Shown here: in pieces, positions 1 to 9,570 of the stretch | Numbering within the stretch: the first letter of the stretch is position 1 | Layout: each line of letters starts with the position of its first letter | Source of the DNA: a virus | DNA: 64,000 nt | IMG/VR virus record: IMGVR_UViG_3300042378_000602 | Direction: 5' to 3' (one strand) | Notes under the pieces: generated by a model | Database searches by the model: none | What the model saw: only the letters and a program-made list of their open reading frames with translations | Told to the model about the DNA's origin: nothing | Position numbers and translations under genes: made by a program

Positions 1-99
1 TTGATTATACACAGAGTAACTTAGGTCTTACTGACGAATACATTTTAGAAATTCTCAACCATGTTAAAAATCATTAAGTATTTAATTCCTTAATGAAAT

Positions 100-1509
100 T
101 TGGTACTATTTATTAGTATGATAGAAAACAAAAGTATAAACAACCATAACTATTTCCTTGGTCAATATATGACCCCTGTGGATTTAGCTACTGAGCTTTT
201 ATCAGAACTTGAGATATCTGACAATATCGTTTATGTAGAACCATCTTTCGGTACTGGTAATTTTATACAAGCTCTTCTAAAAAGGGGTGTTGACATTAAT
301 AAAGTTGTTGGATGTGAATTGGATTCGACCCTTTTTGAGTTTGCGTCTGAACTTAGTTTTGAAAAATATCTAATAAATTTTTACGATTGGAAGTTCAAAA
401 CAAACAAAAAAATAATTTTTGTTGGAAATCCACCATTCAGAACCCCAGCTTACTCATTACGTTCACATCCCGATTTTGTAAAGAAATTGTGTAAAAAGTA
501 TGATGTAAAAGGTATACGTGAAGAATCGGTATTTTTTCTCCTTAGATGTTTAGAAATCATAGAGGAAAATGGTAATGGGGGTGAAATAAGATTCATAATG
601 CCTGAAACACTTTTTACGAACAACTCTAAGTTTTTCGTCAGGTTCCAAAATTTAATTCATGAAAAATTTGACATTGAATATGTGAAAGAAATACCCAACG
701 GACTCTTTGAATCAGCATCACTTAAAATGATTTTTATAGTTTTGAAATACGTCCAAAAAGAAAAGTCTGATAAAATAAACAATAATGAAGATTATTGGAA
801 TTACAATCAGATATTCAAAAGAACTTATTTAGGGTCGGTCCCCTGTGAAAGCATATTTCTGTCTTGCAGGAATGAAAATAGGGAGGAGTTCATCGATAGA
901 ATGATTAGATTATACAATTCTGATTTGAAGGATTTAGATTCCAATCTCAGGTTCCAAGGACTTGCACATTTGAAAGTATTGAACAGTCAAAATGAGGAAC
1001 TCAAATCAAAAAAACTTGAGGTGATTTGGAAATATTTGGAGGAGATAAAGACTAAACTTTCAGATAGATTTTTGTCGGAGCTTGAGAATGTAGACAATTA
1101 TAAAAAGATAAATCACAGAAACGAAATCAGATACTATTTTAGAAATCCCATTTTAAAAAAGATGAGTTTTGTGTATGAAATAAATCCCAACCCAACAAAA
1201 TCATTTTATTTTACTGGTAACCCCTCTAAATCATCCACCGATTATTTTGGTTACTGTGATTATGACATCACAAGAAATAGCAGTCCAGGTGCATGTAGAA
1301 CTATACCAGTTGAGGATGTTGAAAATAATCTTACTGATGAATTCAAGACATGGTGGAACGAAAATAATTTAGGAGATTATGAAAAAATTTTTGATTTGTT
1401 TATTACAACCTCAAAATCAGTTTGGTATAAAAATATGAAAAAAAAATATAACCGATTTTACTTCGGAATACCAAAAAAATTGAATCAAAACCTAATTTAT
1501 AATAAATAA
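100..1509 (+). CDS. N6-adenine DNA methyltransferase, gamma-class (TaqI/Eco57I-like)
   Basis: AdoMet motif I EPSFGTGNF followed by catalytic motif IV GNPPF (order I then IV = gamma class); 469 aa, no nuclease domain. Confidence 0.7.
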   Translation: MVLFISMIENKSINNHNYFLGQYMTPVDLATELLSELEISDNIVYVEPSFGTGNFIQALLKRGVDINKVVGCELDSTLFEFASELSFEKYLINFYDWKFKTNKKIIFVGNPPFRTPAYSLRSHPDFVKKLCKKYDVKGIREESVFFLLRCLEIIEENGNGGEIRFIMPETLFTNNSKFFVRFQNLIHEKFDIEYVKEIPNGLFESASLKMIFIVLKYVQKEKSDKINNNEDYWNYNQIFKRTYLGSVPCESIFLSCRNENREEFIDRMIRLYNSDLKDLDSNLRFQGLAHLKVLNSQNEELKSKKLEVIWKYLEEIKTKLSDRFLSELENVDNYKKINHRNEIRYYFRNPILKKMSFVYEINPNPTKSFYFTGNPSKSSTDYFGYCDYDITRNSSPGACRTIPVEDVENNLTDEFKTWWNENNLGDYEKIFDLFITTSKSVWYKNMKKKYNRFYFGIPKKLNQNLIYNK

Positions 1510-1513
1510 ACCT

Positions 1514-1521
1514 TACATTTG
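1514..1521 (+). promoter_or_regulatory. Bacteroidetes-type -7 promoter element TACATTTG
   Basis: matches TAnnTTTG 7 nt upstream of the ATG at 1528; no well-spaced -33 TTG. Confidence 0.3.
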
Positions 1522-1527
1522 TAGCTC

Positions 1528-2022
1528 ATGAAAAATTACTTTTTAATCCTTTTAGGAAATTTTGAAAATGAATCCGAGACTAAAGATATTGTAGTATCTC
1601 TCAGTCCTATTGTTGATTCACCAACTTTGAAATTCAATCAAACAACCGGCTCATTAGTATTTCATTTCGCATCTGAAGTAAGTCAAGAAGAGATGTTTGA
1701 CTACATCATAGTCACAGTTGGTGAGAAGTGTACGTCTTTTTTTCTGACAGAAAATACTGACAAGGTGTCAGTTTTCCTTCCTTCATCTGTCAGCGAACAC
1801 TTATTGGACTTAGACAAAGAAACGATGGATTTAAAATGGAAACCCTCAAAAAATTTTGACGAAGAATTAGATGAAGAAATCGTGGCATTACTTTTGGAGG
1901 GTATCAAGAAATCAAGAAAGAAACCAACCTTAGACGAAATATTAGAAAAAATTTTATCGGGTGGGGTAAACTCCCTTAGCTTGTACGAAAAAGAAATCTT
2001 AGAAAATTATAGTAAAAACTAA
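1528..2022 (+). CDS. hypothetical protein
   Basis: ORF tightly following upstream gene; acidic C-terminal half. Confidence 0.5.
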   Translation: MKNYFLILLGNFENESETKDIVVSLSPIVDSPTLKFNQTTGSLVFHFASEVSQEEMFDYIIVTVGEKCTSFFLTENTDKVSVFLPSSVSEHLLDLDKETMDLKWKPSKNFDEELDEEIVALLLEGIKKSRKKPTLDEILEKILSGGVNSLSLYEKEILENYSKN

Positions 2023-2026
2023 TATC

Positions 2027-2824
2027 ATGAAAGAAAAATCAGTTATTCCAATCAATCAAGAAGAAATTGCGGTTTATCTCAAAGACATTCGTAAAATATC
2101 AGTTATGACCCCTGAAAGAGAAAGGGAGTTGGCTGAAAGAATGTTATCAAATAACATTTCGGAACGAGAAAAGGAAGATATCAAAAAAGAACTTGTTGAA
2201 GGCAATTTAAGGTTTGTTATCACAGTTAGTAAACAATATCAAAATCAGGGTTTAGATTTTCCTGACTTGATTGCTGAAGGGAATTATGGTCTAATGAAAG
2301 CTATTGATAATTTTGATTGGTCGAAAAAACTAAGATTTATATCATACGCTGTTTGGTGGATTAGACAGTCGATTCTACAATCATTGAATGAAAATGCAAG
2401 AACTATTCGCCTTCCCGTAAATGTTGTCCAAGAACTTCAGAAAGCTAAAAAGGAACTTGAAAATGCCGGTGTAGAGTTACCTGAAAAGTTCGTGAATTTA
2501 CCATACACTGTAAATCTAGATAGTCCTTTGAATGAGGATGGAGACACTCTAATGGATGTATTAGTAAACCCAAACGCCGAATCTGCAGACTCCAATCTTT
2601 CTACGGAGCAAACTCTAAAAGACAAATTACTTGGTATGTTGGATGTACTTGACGAACGCGAAAGGGTTATAGTTGAGGATTATTTTGGGTTATCGGGTTC
2701 AACACGAACCTTGGAAGATATTGGTAATGATTTTGATTTGACTAAAGAAAGGGTAAGACAAATAAAAGAGAAGGCTTTACGAAAACTTCGAAATGAAACA
2801 GGTAGTCTGTTCGACTACATGTAA
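2027..2824 (+). CDS. RNA polymerase sigma factor, sigma-70 family
   Basis: region 2 DLIAEGNYGLMKAIDNFD...FISYAVWWIRQSI and region 4 HTH TLEDIGNDFDLTKERVRQIKEKALRKLR. Confidence 0.85.
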   Translation: MKEKSVIPINQEEIAVYLKDIRKISVMTPERERELAERMLSNNISEREKEDIKKELVEGNLRFVITVSKQYQNQGLDFPDLIAEGNYGLMKAIDNFDWSKKLRFISYAVWWIRQSILQSLNENARTIRLPVNVVQELQKAKKELENAGVELPEKFVNLPYTVNLDSPLNEDGDTLMDVLVNPNAESADSNLSTEQTLKDKLLGMLDVLDERERVIVEDYFGLSGSTRTLEDIGNDFDLTKERVRQIKEKALRKLRNETGSLFDYM

Positions 2825-2830
2825 AAAGAT

Positions 2831-2865
2831 TATAAAGGGTGTATTTATTATATACACCCTTTATA
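2831..2865 (+). terminator. perfect 14-bp hairpin after sigma gene (terminator-like, weak U-tract)
   Basis: tataaagggtgtat / atacaccctttata with 7-nt loop, 7 nt after the stop at 2824. Confidence 0.4.
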
Positions 2866-2895
2866 ATTTAGGGGGTATATTAAAATTACAATTAT

Positions 2896-3174
2896 ATGAA
2901 AAAGTTTATCGAGACAAATTTTACTGTAATAGTTTTGGTCATAGCACTTCTGAGTTTTTTCAAAGGGTGTGGAGATAGCAGAGAACTTTCCAAAATGAGA
3001 AAAGAAGTACAGGCTATTAAAGACTCAACATTCACAAAAACTCAATTGGAAAAAAAATTAAAAATTTCTGGATTAGAGGCTGAAAAAAGAATGATTCAAG
3101 CAACTGATAGAAAACTTCTTGATGTAAGAAGACAAACAGAAATTGAAGATGAAATCAAAAGATTAAATAATTAA
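2896..3174 (+). CDS. small membrane-anchored protein (lysis-cassette candidate: holin/spanin-like)
   Basis: N-terminal TM segment TVIVLVIALLSFF then charged coiled-coil tail; upstream of multi-TM protein and amidase. Confidence 0.45.
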   Translation: MKKFIETNFTVIVLVIALLSFFKGCGDSRELSKMRKEVQAIKDSTFTKTQLEKKLKISGLEAEKRMIQATDRKLLDVRRQTEIEDEIKRLNN

Positions 3175-3177
3175 AAA

Positions 3178-3798
3178 ATGACTTGGATACAAAAAAATTT
3201 CAAAAGTATAATATATGCTGCTTTTTTGGTTCCAATTTTAACAGTAGCTTTCGTCTCAATATCACACGTCACAAAATGGTACGGTATATCAAACCCATTT
3301 AGCTGGGCTATTTACCTGTCGATTGGTATTGAAATTGCGGCACTTTCAGCTTTAGCTGCGATAAGTGCGAGAATGGGTAAAAAGGTATATTTCCCATTTG
3401 GTATCGTTACTTTAATTCAATTTTTGGGAAACATTTACTTTGCATATTCTTATATAGATGTTGGTTCACAAGCATTTAAAGATTGGGTTGATTTAGTCGA
3501 CCCTATTGTTTCTTTCATGGGTGTTGATTCAGGTGACCCTATAGGTCACAAAAGATTTTTGGCAATATTTGCAGGCGGAATGTTACCTATAATTTCTTTA
3601 TCCTTTTTACACATGTTGGTCAAATTTGAGCAGGATGAAAGACAAAAACAAATAGAAATTAAAGTTGAGGAAATTATTAAAGCCCAACCAACTGAGATTA
3701 CTAAAGAAGTAAAACCTGAGGAGGTTCCCAATCAAGAAAAGGAAGATAAACCCGAATATAAAGTTTTGAGTTATACTAAAAATGTCAACTCTCAATAA
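3178..3798 (+). CDS. multi-pass membrane protein (holin-like candidate)
   Basis: four hydrophobic helices in first 150 aa, charged C-tail; immediately upstream of amidase gene. Confidence 0.5.
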   Translation: MTWIQKNFKSIIYAAFLVPILTVAFVSISHVTKWYGISNPFSWAIYLSIGIEIAALSALAAISARMGKKVYFPFGIVTLIQFLGNIYFAYSYIDVGSQAFKDWVDLVDPIVSFMGVDSGDPIGHKRFLAIFAGGMLPIISLSFLHMLVKFEQDERQKQIEIKVEEIIKAQPTEITKEVKPEEVPNQEKEDKPEYKVLSYTKNVNSQ

Positions 3799-4390
3799 AT
3801 ACGGAAATTTCAAAGCGTTAGGTAAATACAGAAATAAAAAACAAATCATTTTATGTCATACGTCAAGGGAGGTAGATAAATATCTAACCTCCCTTCGATT
3901 TAGATATAACCAAAGGTTTGATAGAATACCTAATTTTGTGATAACCAAAAAAGGAGAAGTGATTCAACTTTTGGATGAGTCGTCTCACTCAAGATTTTTT
4001 TACAACGAAGAGGTAAATAAAAATTCTGTTATAGTTTGCTTAGAAAACTTAGGATGGTTGGAAAAGAAACCCCTATCTAACGAGTATATTAGTTGGGATG
4101 GGAGTATTTATAATGAGAAAGTTTACGAAAAAAAATGGAGAGATTTTTTCTTTTGGGAACCATATTCTGATGTTCAAATAACAGAAACATCTAAACTTTG
4201 TTCCAAATTGATTGAACTTTTCCAAATAAAAAAAAGTTGTGTCGGTCATAACACTAAGGTTGATGGAATAGAAAGATTCGAGGGAATTTCCACAAGAAGT
4301 AATTATGACCAACGGTTCACTGATTTGAACCCCTCTTTTAATTTTGAAAACTTTGTAAAATTTTTAGAAAATGAGCAATTTGCACAATGA
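3782..4390 (+). CDS. N-acetylmuramoyl-L-alanine amidase (amidase_2/PGRP, T7-lysozyme-like endolysin)
   Basis: QIILCHTS (His ligand), NFVITKKGEV, NSVIVCLENLGW, ITETSKLCSKLIE..CVGHNTKV align to the T7 lysozyme/PGRP motif series. Confidence 0.6.
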   Translation: MSTLNKYGNFKALGKYRNKKQIILCHTSREVDKYLTSLRFRYNQRFDRIPNFVITKKGEVIQLLDESSHSRFFYNEEVNKNSVIVCLENLGWLEKKPLSNEYISWDGSIYNEKVYEKKWRDFFFWEPYSDVQITETSKLCSKLIELFQIKKSCVGHNTKVDGIERFEGISTRSNYDQRFTDLNPSFNFENFVKFLENEQFAQ

Positions 4391-4943
4391 AAGATACGAT
4401 GAAATTAAATCACTTTTGAAGAAATCAAAAATGATTTTCGAACAAAAAAGTGACATGTCACAAATCAACGTAGCCAAAGATATCGAAACGAAAATATCTC
4501 AAGATGCAGATGAGTTCGATATGGATTATGAAGAGGGACCATCATCTCCCAAAGACAAAGTACAAAAGTATAGAGTGTCTGGTGGAATTTTAGCATTACA
4601 TGGTAAAAGTAAAACCGACTTAGACATAACAACAGATGATAAAATTGCATTCCAAGACTCCATGGAGGAGTTCGTGGATGAAGTGTCTGATTTGGTCGAT
4701 TTCAATACATTGAATGTCTATCCGAATAATGTAGAATGGTCTGGTAAAATTATTGGTGAAGATTTAGATTTTACCTTCACCATTGGTGAAGATAGTGGAA
4801 TCTACATAGAGGGAACCATGATTAAAGTAGATGATGAATTTTTGGAGTTGATAAATAAATTACAACAATATTATCAAAAATTCAAAAGTCGTTGGGCTAA
4901 AATTATAGCAGGTCGGAAAAAAACAAGAGAGACAAATGAATAA
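4371..4943 (+). CDS. hypothetical protein
   Basis: ORF, start overlaps upstream stop. Confidence 0.5.
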   Translation: MSNLHNERYDEIKSLLKKSKMIFEQKSDMSQINVAKDIETKISQDADEFDMDYEEGPSSPKDKVQKYRVSGGILALHGKSKTDLDITTDDKIAFQDSMEEFVDEVSDLVDFNTLNVYPNNVEWSGKIIGEDLDFTFTIGEDSGIYIEGTMIKVDDEFLELINKLQQYYQKFKSRWAKIIAGRKKTRETNE

Positions 4944-5295
4944 AGTAAAAAATTTTTTAGCTACGAATTACAAAACTATTTTTAAGATAGGTTTAGTTGT
5001 GTTTGCTTTATATTGGGTGGTTTTTGTATTGACCCCAAGAACATCAATTTCAGAACAACAAAAACAAGCTTTAGACTCCCTATCTGCACAAATAAAGATT
5101 TTACATGAGGACAATTTAAAACTTGAAGAAGAAATCACTTCTTTTAATGAAGAAATAAAACAAGTTGATTCAAAAATTGCTAAAATAAAAAATCAAAAAA
5201 CAATAGTAAAAGAAATATATCATGAAAAAATCAATAGCGTTGATAGGCTTACTGTTCGTGAGCTTGATAGCTTTTTCACAGACAGATACAAATAA
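4936..5295 (+). CDS. hypothetical membrane/coiled-coil protein
   Basis: N-terminal TM (IGLVVFALYWVVFVL) then coiled coil; 74-nt overlap with next gene lowers confidence. Confidence 0.4.
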   Translation: MNKVKNFLATNYKTIFKIGLVVFALYWVVFVLTPRTSISEQQKQALDSLSAQIKILHEDNLKLEEEITSFNEEIKQVDSKIAKIKNQKTIVKEIYHEKINSVDRLTVRELDSFFTDRYK

Positions 5296-5629
5296 TGTGA
5301 AATGCTTTCCGATTCCTGTAGTGAAACAAATCATGAAAGATGTTTTAAGTGGTGATTCAGCAAAGGCGCAACTCAAACTTGTTGAAAGTGAGGTGGGTGA
5401 ACTCGAAAAAAAAGTAAGTTTAAAAGATAGTGTTATAAACACTTTAAGACTTAAAGAGGAGAACTACCAAACAATAATCAAATCAGAAAAGGAAAAGTTC
5501 GGAATTGTGGAATCTTACTCGAAAAAATTAGAATGGGATTTAAAGAAAGAAAAAACAAAAAATAAATTCAAATCATTTGTTGGCACTGCAGTTATTGGGG
5601 TGCTTGCATTTTTTATAATTCAAAAATAA
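5222..5629 (+). CDS. secreted or lipoprotein-like hypothetical protein
   Basis: classic signal peptide MKKSIALIGLLFVSLIAFSQ; C-terminal TM. Confidence 0.5.
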   Translation: MKKSIALIGLLFVSLIAFSQTDTNNVKCFPIPVVKQIMKDVLSGDSAKAQLKLVESEVGELEKKVSLKDSVINTLRLKEENYQTIIKSEKEKFGIVESYSKKLEWDLKKEKTKNKFKSFVGTAVIGVLAFFIIQK

Positions 5630-5874
5630 TGGCACTCACTAATACAGAGATGAGAGAAATAGAGACAGTTATCCGAAAAGAAATAAAGAATTTCTTGGAG
5701 ACTAACACTATCAAACAGTTTGAAGATAAGTTATTGGATAGAGTACATAAAGAAATGAAACGTGGTAAACTTGAATCTGAAGTGAAAGATATTGCCGTAA
5801 AAATGTTTAGAGAATTCTATCAATTCATGTGGCAAAACAGAAGTTATTGGGAGCCAAGATTAAAAAATTCATAA
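5629..5874 (+). CDS. hypothetical protein
   Basis: ORF with start overlapping upstream stop. Confidence 0.4.
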   Translation: MALTNTEMREIETVIRKEIKNFLETNTIKQFEDKLLDRVHKEMKRGKLESEVKDIAVKMFREFYQFMWQNRSYWEPRLKNS

Positions 5875-5876
5875 TT

Positions 5877-6719
5877 ATGGAAAGCTCAGAAAAAGTATGG
5901 AAAGATTCTTTGAAAAAAAGTTACTCCAATGCATTGACAACAGCAACTCAAGGGAGCACAGGTGAAATGCTATCAGATATGAACAAGTATTCCAAAGAAA
6001 TGAGGGAAGAAAAGGATTCAGATAAACCTGTAGAAAATAAAATAACCAAGTCAGATGTGAGTAAGGTTACAGCCAAACAACAATTCGCTAGAGATTTACA
6101 GGATGACCCGGATTTTCAAGACTTCAAGAAAAACGCAAAATACGAGAAGGGTGGCTCAACGTTTACTTTCGGAGTCCCTAATGTGAGCACGGAAGACCCA
6201 TACATAAAAAAAAGAACAAAATACGGAAGACCTGGAAGAGGGAAAGAAGAGAATAAAGAAGCCACTACGTCTGGTTCATCAGGGGCGTTTAGTGCACCTT
6301 TGTTCGGAGGTGATGATGATTTTGTAAAAAAAAGTGACTCAGAGACACCAAGTCTAAAAGAGGGAATGTTTTCAGATGGGATGTACGGTGTTGATAAAAT
6401 CGAGGCAAAGGAGGCTACCACATCAGGTTCTGTCGGGGGGTACTCAAGTCCTTCAATGTGGGCGAAATCAACAAGTAAGAAAGATTGGGGACCCTCAAGA
6501 AAAACCCAATATAAAGGTGGTAGTTTTGTAAAAGTCAAAAAAAAATGTACAAGATTTCCATATTGTAATCAAGGAGATATAAATGCTCTTAAATTGACTA
6601 AAACAGAGTCTGTAAAGGAAGCTATTAAAAAAGTCTCACAGAAATTGAATATTAGTGAAGATATAATCGAGACTATTATTCAGAAAGAATACGTTAAAAC
6701 ATCAAAAAGGCACAAATAA
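5877..6719 (+). CDS. Lys-rich hypothetical protein with internal repeat
   Basis: start trimmed from 5829 to ATG 5877 to avoid overlap; repeat KEATTSGS(S/V)G(A/G)(F/Y)S(A/S)P occurs twice. Confidence 0.5.
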   Translation: MESSEKVWKDSLKKSYSNALTTATQGSTGEMLSDMNKYSKEMREEKDSDKPVENKITKSDVSKVTAKQQFARDLQDDPDFQDFKKNAKYEKGGSTFTFGVPNVSTEDPYIKKRTKYGRPGRGKEENKEATTSGSSGAFSAPLFGGDDDFVKKSDSETPSLKEGMFSDGMYGVDKIEAKEATTSGSVGGYSSPSMWAKSTSKKDWGPSRKTQYKGGSFVKVKKKCTRFPYCNQGDINALKLTKTESVKEAIKKVSQKLNISEDIIETIIQKEYVKTSKRHK

Positions 6720-6742
6720 AGATATTTATAAAAAAAAATCAA

Positions 6743-8212
6743 ATGGATAAAACACAACTTGATATTGATAGAATGATTTCAAATATCCTAAAGGAAGAAA
6801 TAGAAATCAAAAGTAAAAAGATTGCTGAGGAAGTAGGTGAGTGGACCGAAATAGAAATTGAAGAGAAACTTCATGGTAAGCAACACAAATTGGATAAGAA
6901 TAAAAATGGCAAAATTGATGCTGAAGATTTCAAGTTGCTCAGAAAAAAGGAAACTAAAGAGGACGATTTTGACTCATTGGTTGATGCCGATATTGATGAT
7001 GAAGAAGAAAGAGATTCTTTGGAGCAGGGAATGTATGAGGAAGATGGTGAGACCGAAGAAGGTAATGAATTTACAGGTGAGTTAGAGAAGGCTAGAAAAG
7101 AAGGTAAATCATCGTTCAAAGTCGGAGATAAAACTTTCAAGACCGAACCCAAAGAGAAAAGAGACAATTTTGACGGTAGAAAATCAGAAGTTATTGGGGT
7201 TTACTCAAATATTGATAAGCAGAGAGAAATGAAAGAGGAGAAAAAATGGATTCAAAAAACTGATATGAAAAAAGGAGCACTACATAAAAAACTTGGAGTT
7301 CCTGAAGACGAAACAATTCCTAAATCAAAGTTGAAAAGTTTGAAAAAAGAACTTATGAAAAAAGGTGAAGGTGATAAAAAATTATCTGCGGCCGACTCTA
7401 AAACTTTGAAACAAGTGAATTTGGCAATGACATTAAAGGGTCTTAAAGAGAACGATAATACTCTTAGATTGAGTGAAAGTGAACTAATTGACATGATTGA
7501 AAAAATTGTGTTAGAGGAGAAAAAAAATAAAGAGGTAAAAGACAAGGCAGAAAAACAAAATATCACTAAGAAAACACCGGAAGGTTTGAAGAAAACTGAA
7601 AAGGCACTTAAAGCTTCGAAAAAAGAAAACGAGGATTATGCTAAGGAGGTTGTCAAAAAGATGAAAGATTACATGAAAACAGGGTCTAAGGGTGAGTATA
7701 CTGAAAACCCTGTAGACTTTCCGAAAAGTAATTTTGCATTAGAAAAAGACCCTAAGGTAAAAAAATATACACCTTCACAAGCGGTGGAAGAATATATTGA
7801 ATATTTTTCATATCCGGGTCAAACAAATTTGGTATTTGACGAAATCAAACCCGATGTTAAAAAAATTGAAAAACATCTCAAAGGTGACAGAATAATGGGA
7901 AATGCTCAAGTCGATGAGGATGGAAATGCTTTGGGTAACGTTGTACCGAGCAAAGTTGGAGAAAGGTTCTTCAAAAATTTCCAAGATAATGTTTATGGTA
8001 ACGAACAAATGCAAGCATCCTACAAGAGATATCCAGCACCTGTTGAAGAAGAGGGTGAGGGACAAACATCAGGTTCGTTAAAAGACCTTAAAAAACTATC
8101 CAAAGGAAATAAAGTTTTAAATAAATTATCAGAGTCTCAGCAATCGAATAAGATTATTGGAGAAATGGAACAAATGAAAAAACTTATGTCCTACAATAAG
8201 AAAACACAGTAA
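6743..8212 (+). CDS. highly charged K/E-rich hypothetical protein (489 aa)
   Basis: long ORF, low-complexity KEK/EEE runs; ATATTTAT motif at 6721-6730 upstream. Confidence 0.55.
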   Translation: MDKTQLDIDRMISNILKEEIEIKSKKIAEEVGEWTEIEIEEKLHGKQHKLDKNKNGKIDAEDFKLLRKKETKEDDFDSLVDADIDDEEERDSLEQGMYEEDGETEEGNEFTGELEKARKEGKSSFKVGDKTFKTEPKEKRDNFDGRKSEVIGVYSNIDKQREMKEEKKWIQKTDMKKGALHKKLGVPEDETIPKSKLKSLKKELMKKGEGDKKLSAADSKTLKQVNLAMTLKGLKENDNTLRLSESELIDMIEKIVLEEKKNKEVKDKAEKQNITKKTPEGLKKTEKALKASKKENEDYAKEVVKKMKDYMKTGSKGEYTENPVDFPKSNFALEKDPKVKKYTPSQAVEEYIEYFSYPGQTNLVFDEIKPDVKKIEKHLKGDRIMGNAQVDEDGNALGNVVPSKVGERFFKNFQDNVYGNEQMQASYKRYPAPVEEEGEGQTSGSLKDLKKLSKGNKVLNKLSESQQSNKIIGEMEQMKKLMSYNKKTQ

Positions 8213-8240
8213 TTCACAAAACAAAATATTTTATTTATAA

Positions 8241-8273
8241 TTCTCCATAGCCATCACTATGGAGAATTTTTTT
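8241..8273 (+). terminator. intrinsic terminator (10-bp stem plus U-tract) overlapping next start codon
   Basis: ttctccatag / ctatggagaa stem, 6-nt loop, then ttttttt; the ATG at 8259 lies in the 3' arm. Confidence 0.5.
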
Positions 8274-8717
8274 AAATGGATAGGTAAAGAAATACCTGAC
8301 GAAGAAGTTATAATATGGTTCAATGTCCATAACATGAACTATGAAAAAATTGAACTTTACGGGGACATTTTCAAAACCTTGGCATATCTAATACAAGACA
8401 CCTATTTGGGTGAAGAAAATCATGAAACTAAAATTTCATTATCTGTTGAGGATAAAGAATTGCATTTTGAATGGTGTTGGGCTAAAATGATTGAAAATTT
8501 CGCAAAAGAAAAAATATTCATCGAATCTGACGGGGAACACAAAAAATATTTAAAAAATTTTTTTGGTGAAACCTTTTATAATCAACAAGATAAAAATATC
8601 AAAGACGAGGTCTTTGTTTTTGTGGACCAAGTTTTTGAGGTGAATAAAAAGTTTTCAAAGGCCGATTTAGATATCCTTACAGAAATTTATAAGTTCATGG
8701 AAAAAAATGTTAAATAA
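8259..8717 (+). CDS. hypothetical protein
   Basis: ORF; start codon embedded in upstream terminator hairpin. Confidence 0.4.
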   Translation: MENFFKWIGKEIPDEEVIIWFNVHNMNYEKIELYGDIFKTLAYLIQDTYLGEENHETKISLSVEDKELHFEWCWAKMIENFAKEKIFIESDGEHKKYLKNFFGETFYNQQDKNIKDEVFVFVDQVFEVNKKFSKADLDILTEIYKFMEKNVK

Positions 8718-8793
8718 AAAAACCTTTATTAGTTTACTTCCAGGGACAAAAAATTACATTTTTAACAAAATAAACTTTAATTATTAAATCAAA

Positions 8794-8976
8794 ATGGAAA
8801 CATTAGAACAAATTAAAGAATTGACTGAAGTTTTATCTGTTGATGCTACCAAGTTTTTTAAAGGTAACAAGAGTGCAGGTACAAGAGCTAGAAAGACAGC
8901 TCAAGAGTTGAAAGCTTTACTTCAAAAATTCAGAGGGGAAATTCTTGAACACAAGAAATCAGAAAAAGATGCATAA
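8794..8976 (+). CDS. small basic DNA-binding protein, Bacteroidetes histone-H1-like
   Basis: 60 aa; KSAGTRARKTAQELKALLQKFR resembles the small histone-H1-like proteins annotated in Bacteroidetes genomes. Confidence 0.4.
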   Translation: METLEQIKELTEVLSVDATKFFKGNKSAGTRARKTAQELKALLQKFRGEILEHKKSEKDA

Positions 8977-9153
8977 TATTGAATCAACATTTTTTTTTAT
9001 ATTTGTTTTTACAATATTGATTGTATTCAGAAACCTATTTAGGATTATAAGTACCCTGTTAGATAAAGAACCAAAAAAAATTGTTTATACTAACAGGGAA
9101 CTTATAATTTTAGGTCTATCATTGTCTTACATTATAACATTTATCAAATTCAC

Positions 9154-9570
9154 ATGAGTTTTTATAAAGAAATTGAACAATTTTCAGAGTATATTAAATC
9201 AATAAGGAAATTAAAAGACTATTTAAGTTTTGATTTATATTTTCCTTCAAAATGGGGATTACCTAAGGATGATACCCAAATAATTCCTTTTGAATCAGAT
9301 GTCGCCAATCACAAGGGTTTATCTTTCGTTACAGAAATGAAAGATAAAGAAGTAACAAATACAATCACTAAAATACTTAAAGTTATAAAAATAAATAAAG
9401 AGAGAGAATTGAAGGAAATGTTGTTTAAACAAACAGTTGAACAATTAAAAAAGACGTTTGAAAACAATGATTTAGACAAACTTCAGAACCTCTATTTTGA
9501 TTTTGAAAATCACGAATTAGATGAACCAGAAATCGGAGAAGAATCAGATAGCATTGAATTGGCTGAATAG
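9154..9570 (+). CDS. hypothetical protein
   Basis: ORF; CATTTATC motif at 9138-9145 upstream. Confidence 0.45.
   Translation: MSFYKEIEQFSEYIKSIRKLKDYLSFDLYFPSKWGLPKDDTQIIPFESDVANHKGLSFVTEMKDKEVTNTITKILKVIKINKERELKEMLFKQTVEQLKKTFENNDLDKLQNLYFDFENHELDEPEIGEESDSIELAE

Noticed and set aside
1701-2625. Antisense small ORFs (1701-1907 -, 2437-2625 -) and similar 60-100-aa minus-strand ORFs inside plus-strand genes throughout the window
   Set aside because: They are fully embedded antisense in stronger ORFs with recognisable domains. This is typical AT-rich background.
2793-2978. 61-aa ORF spanning the sigma-gene terminator hairpin
   Set aside because: It overlaps the 3' end of the sigma gene and the 14-bp palindrome, with no start context. 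The downstream membrane-protein ORF 2896-3174 is the real gene.
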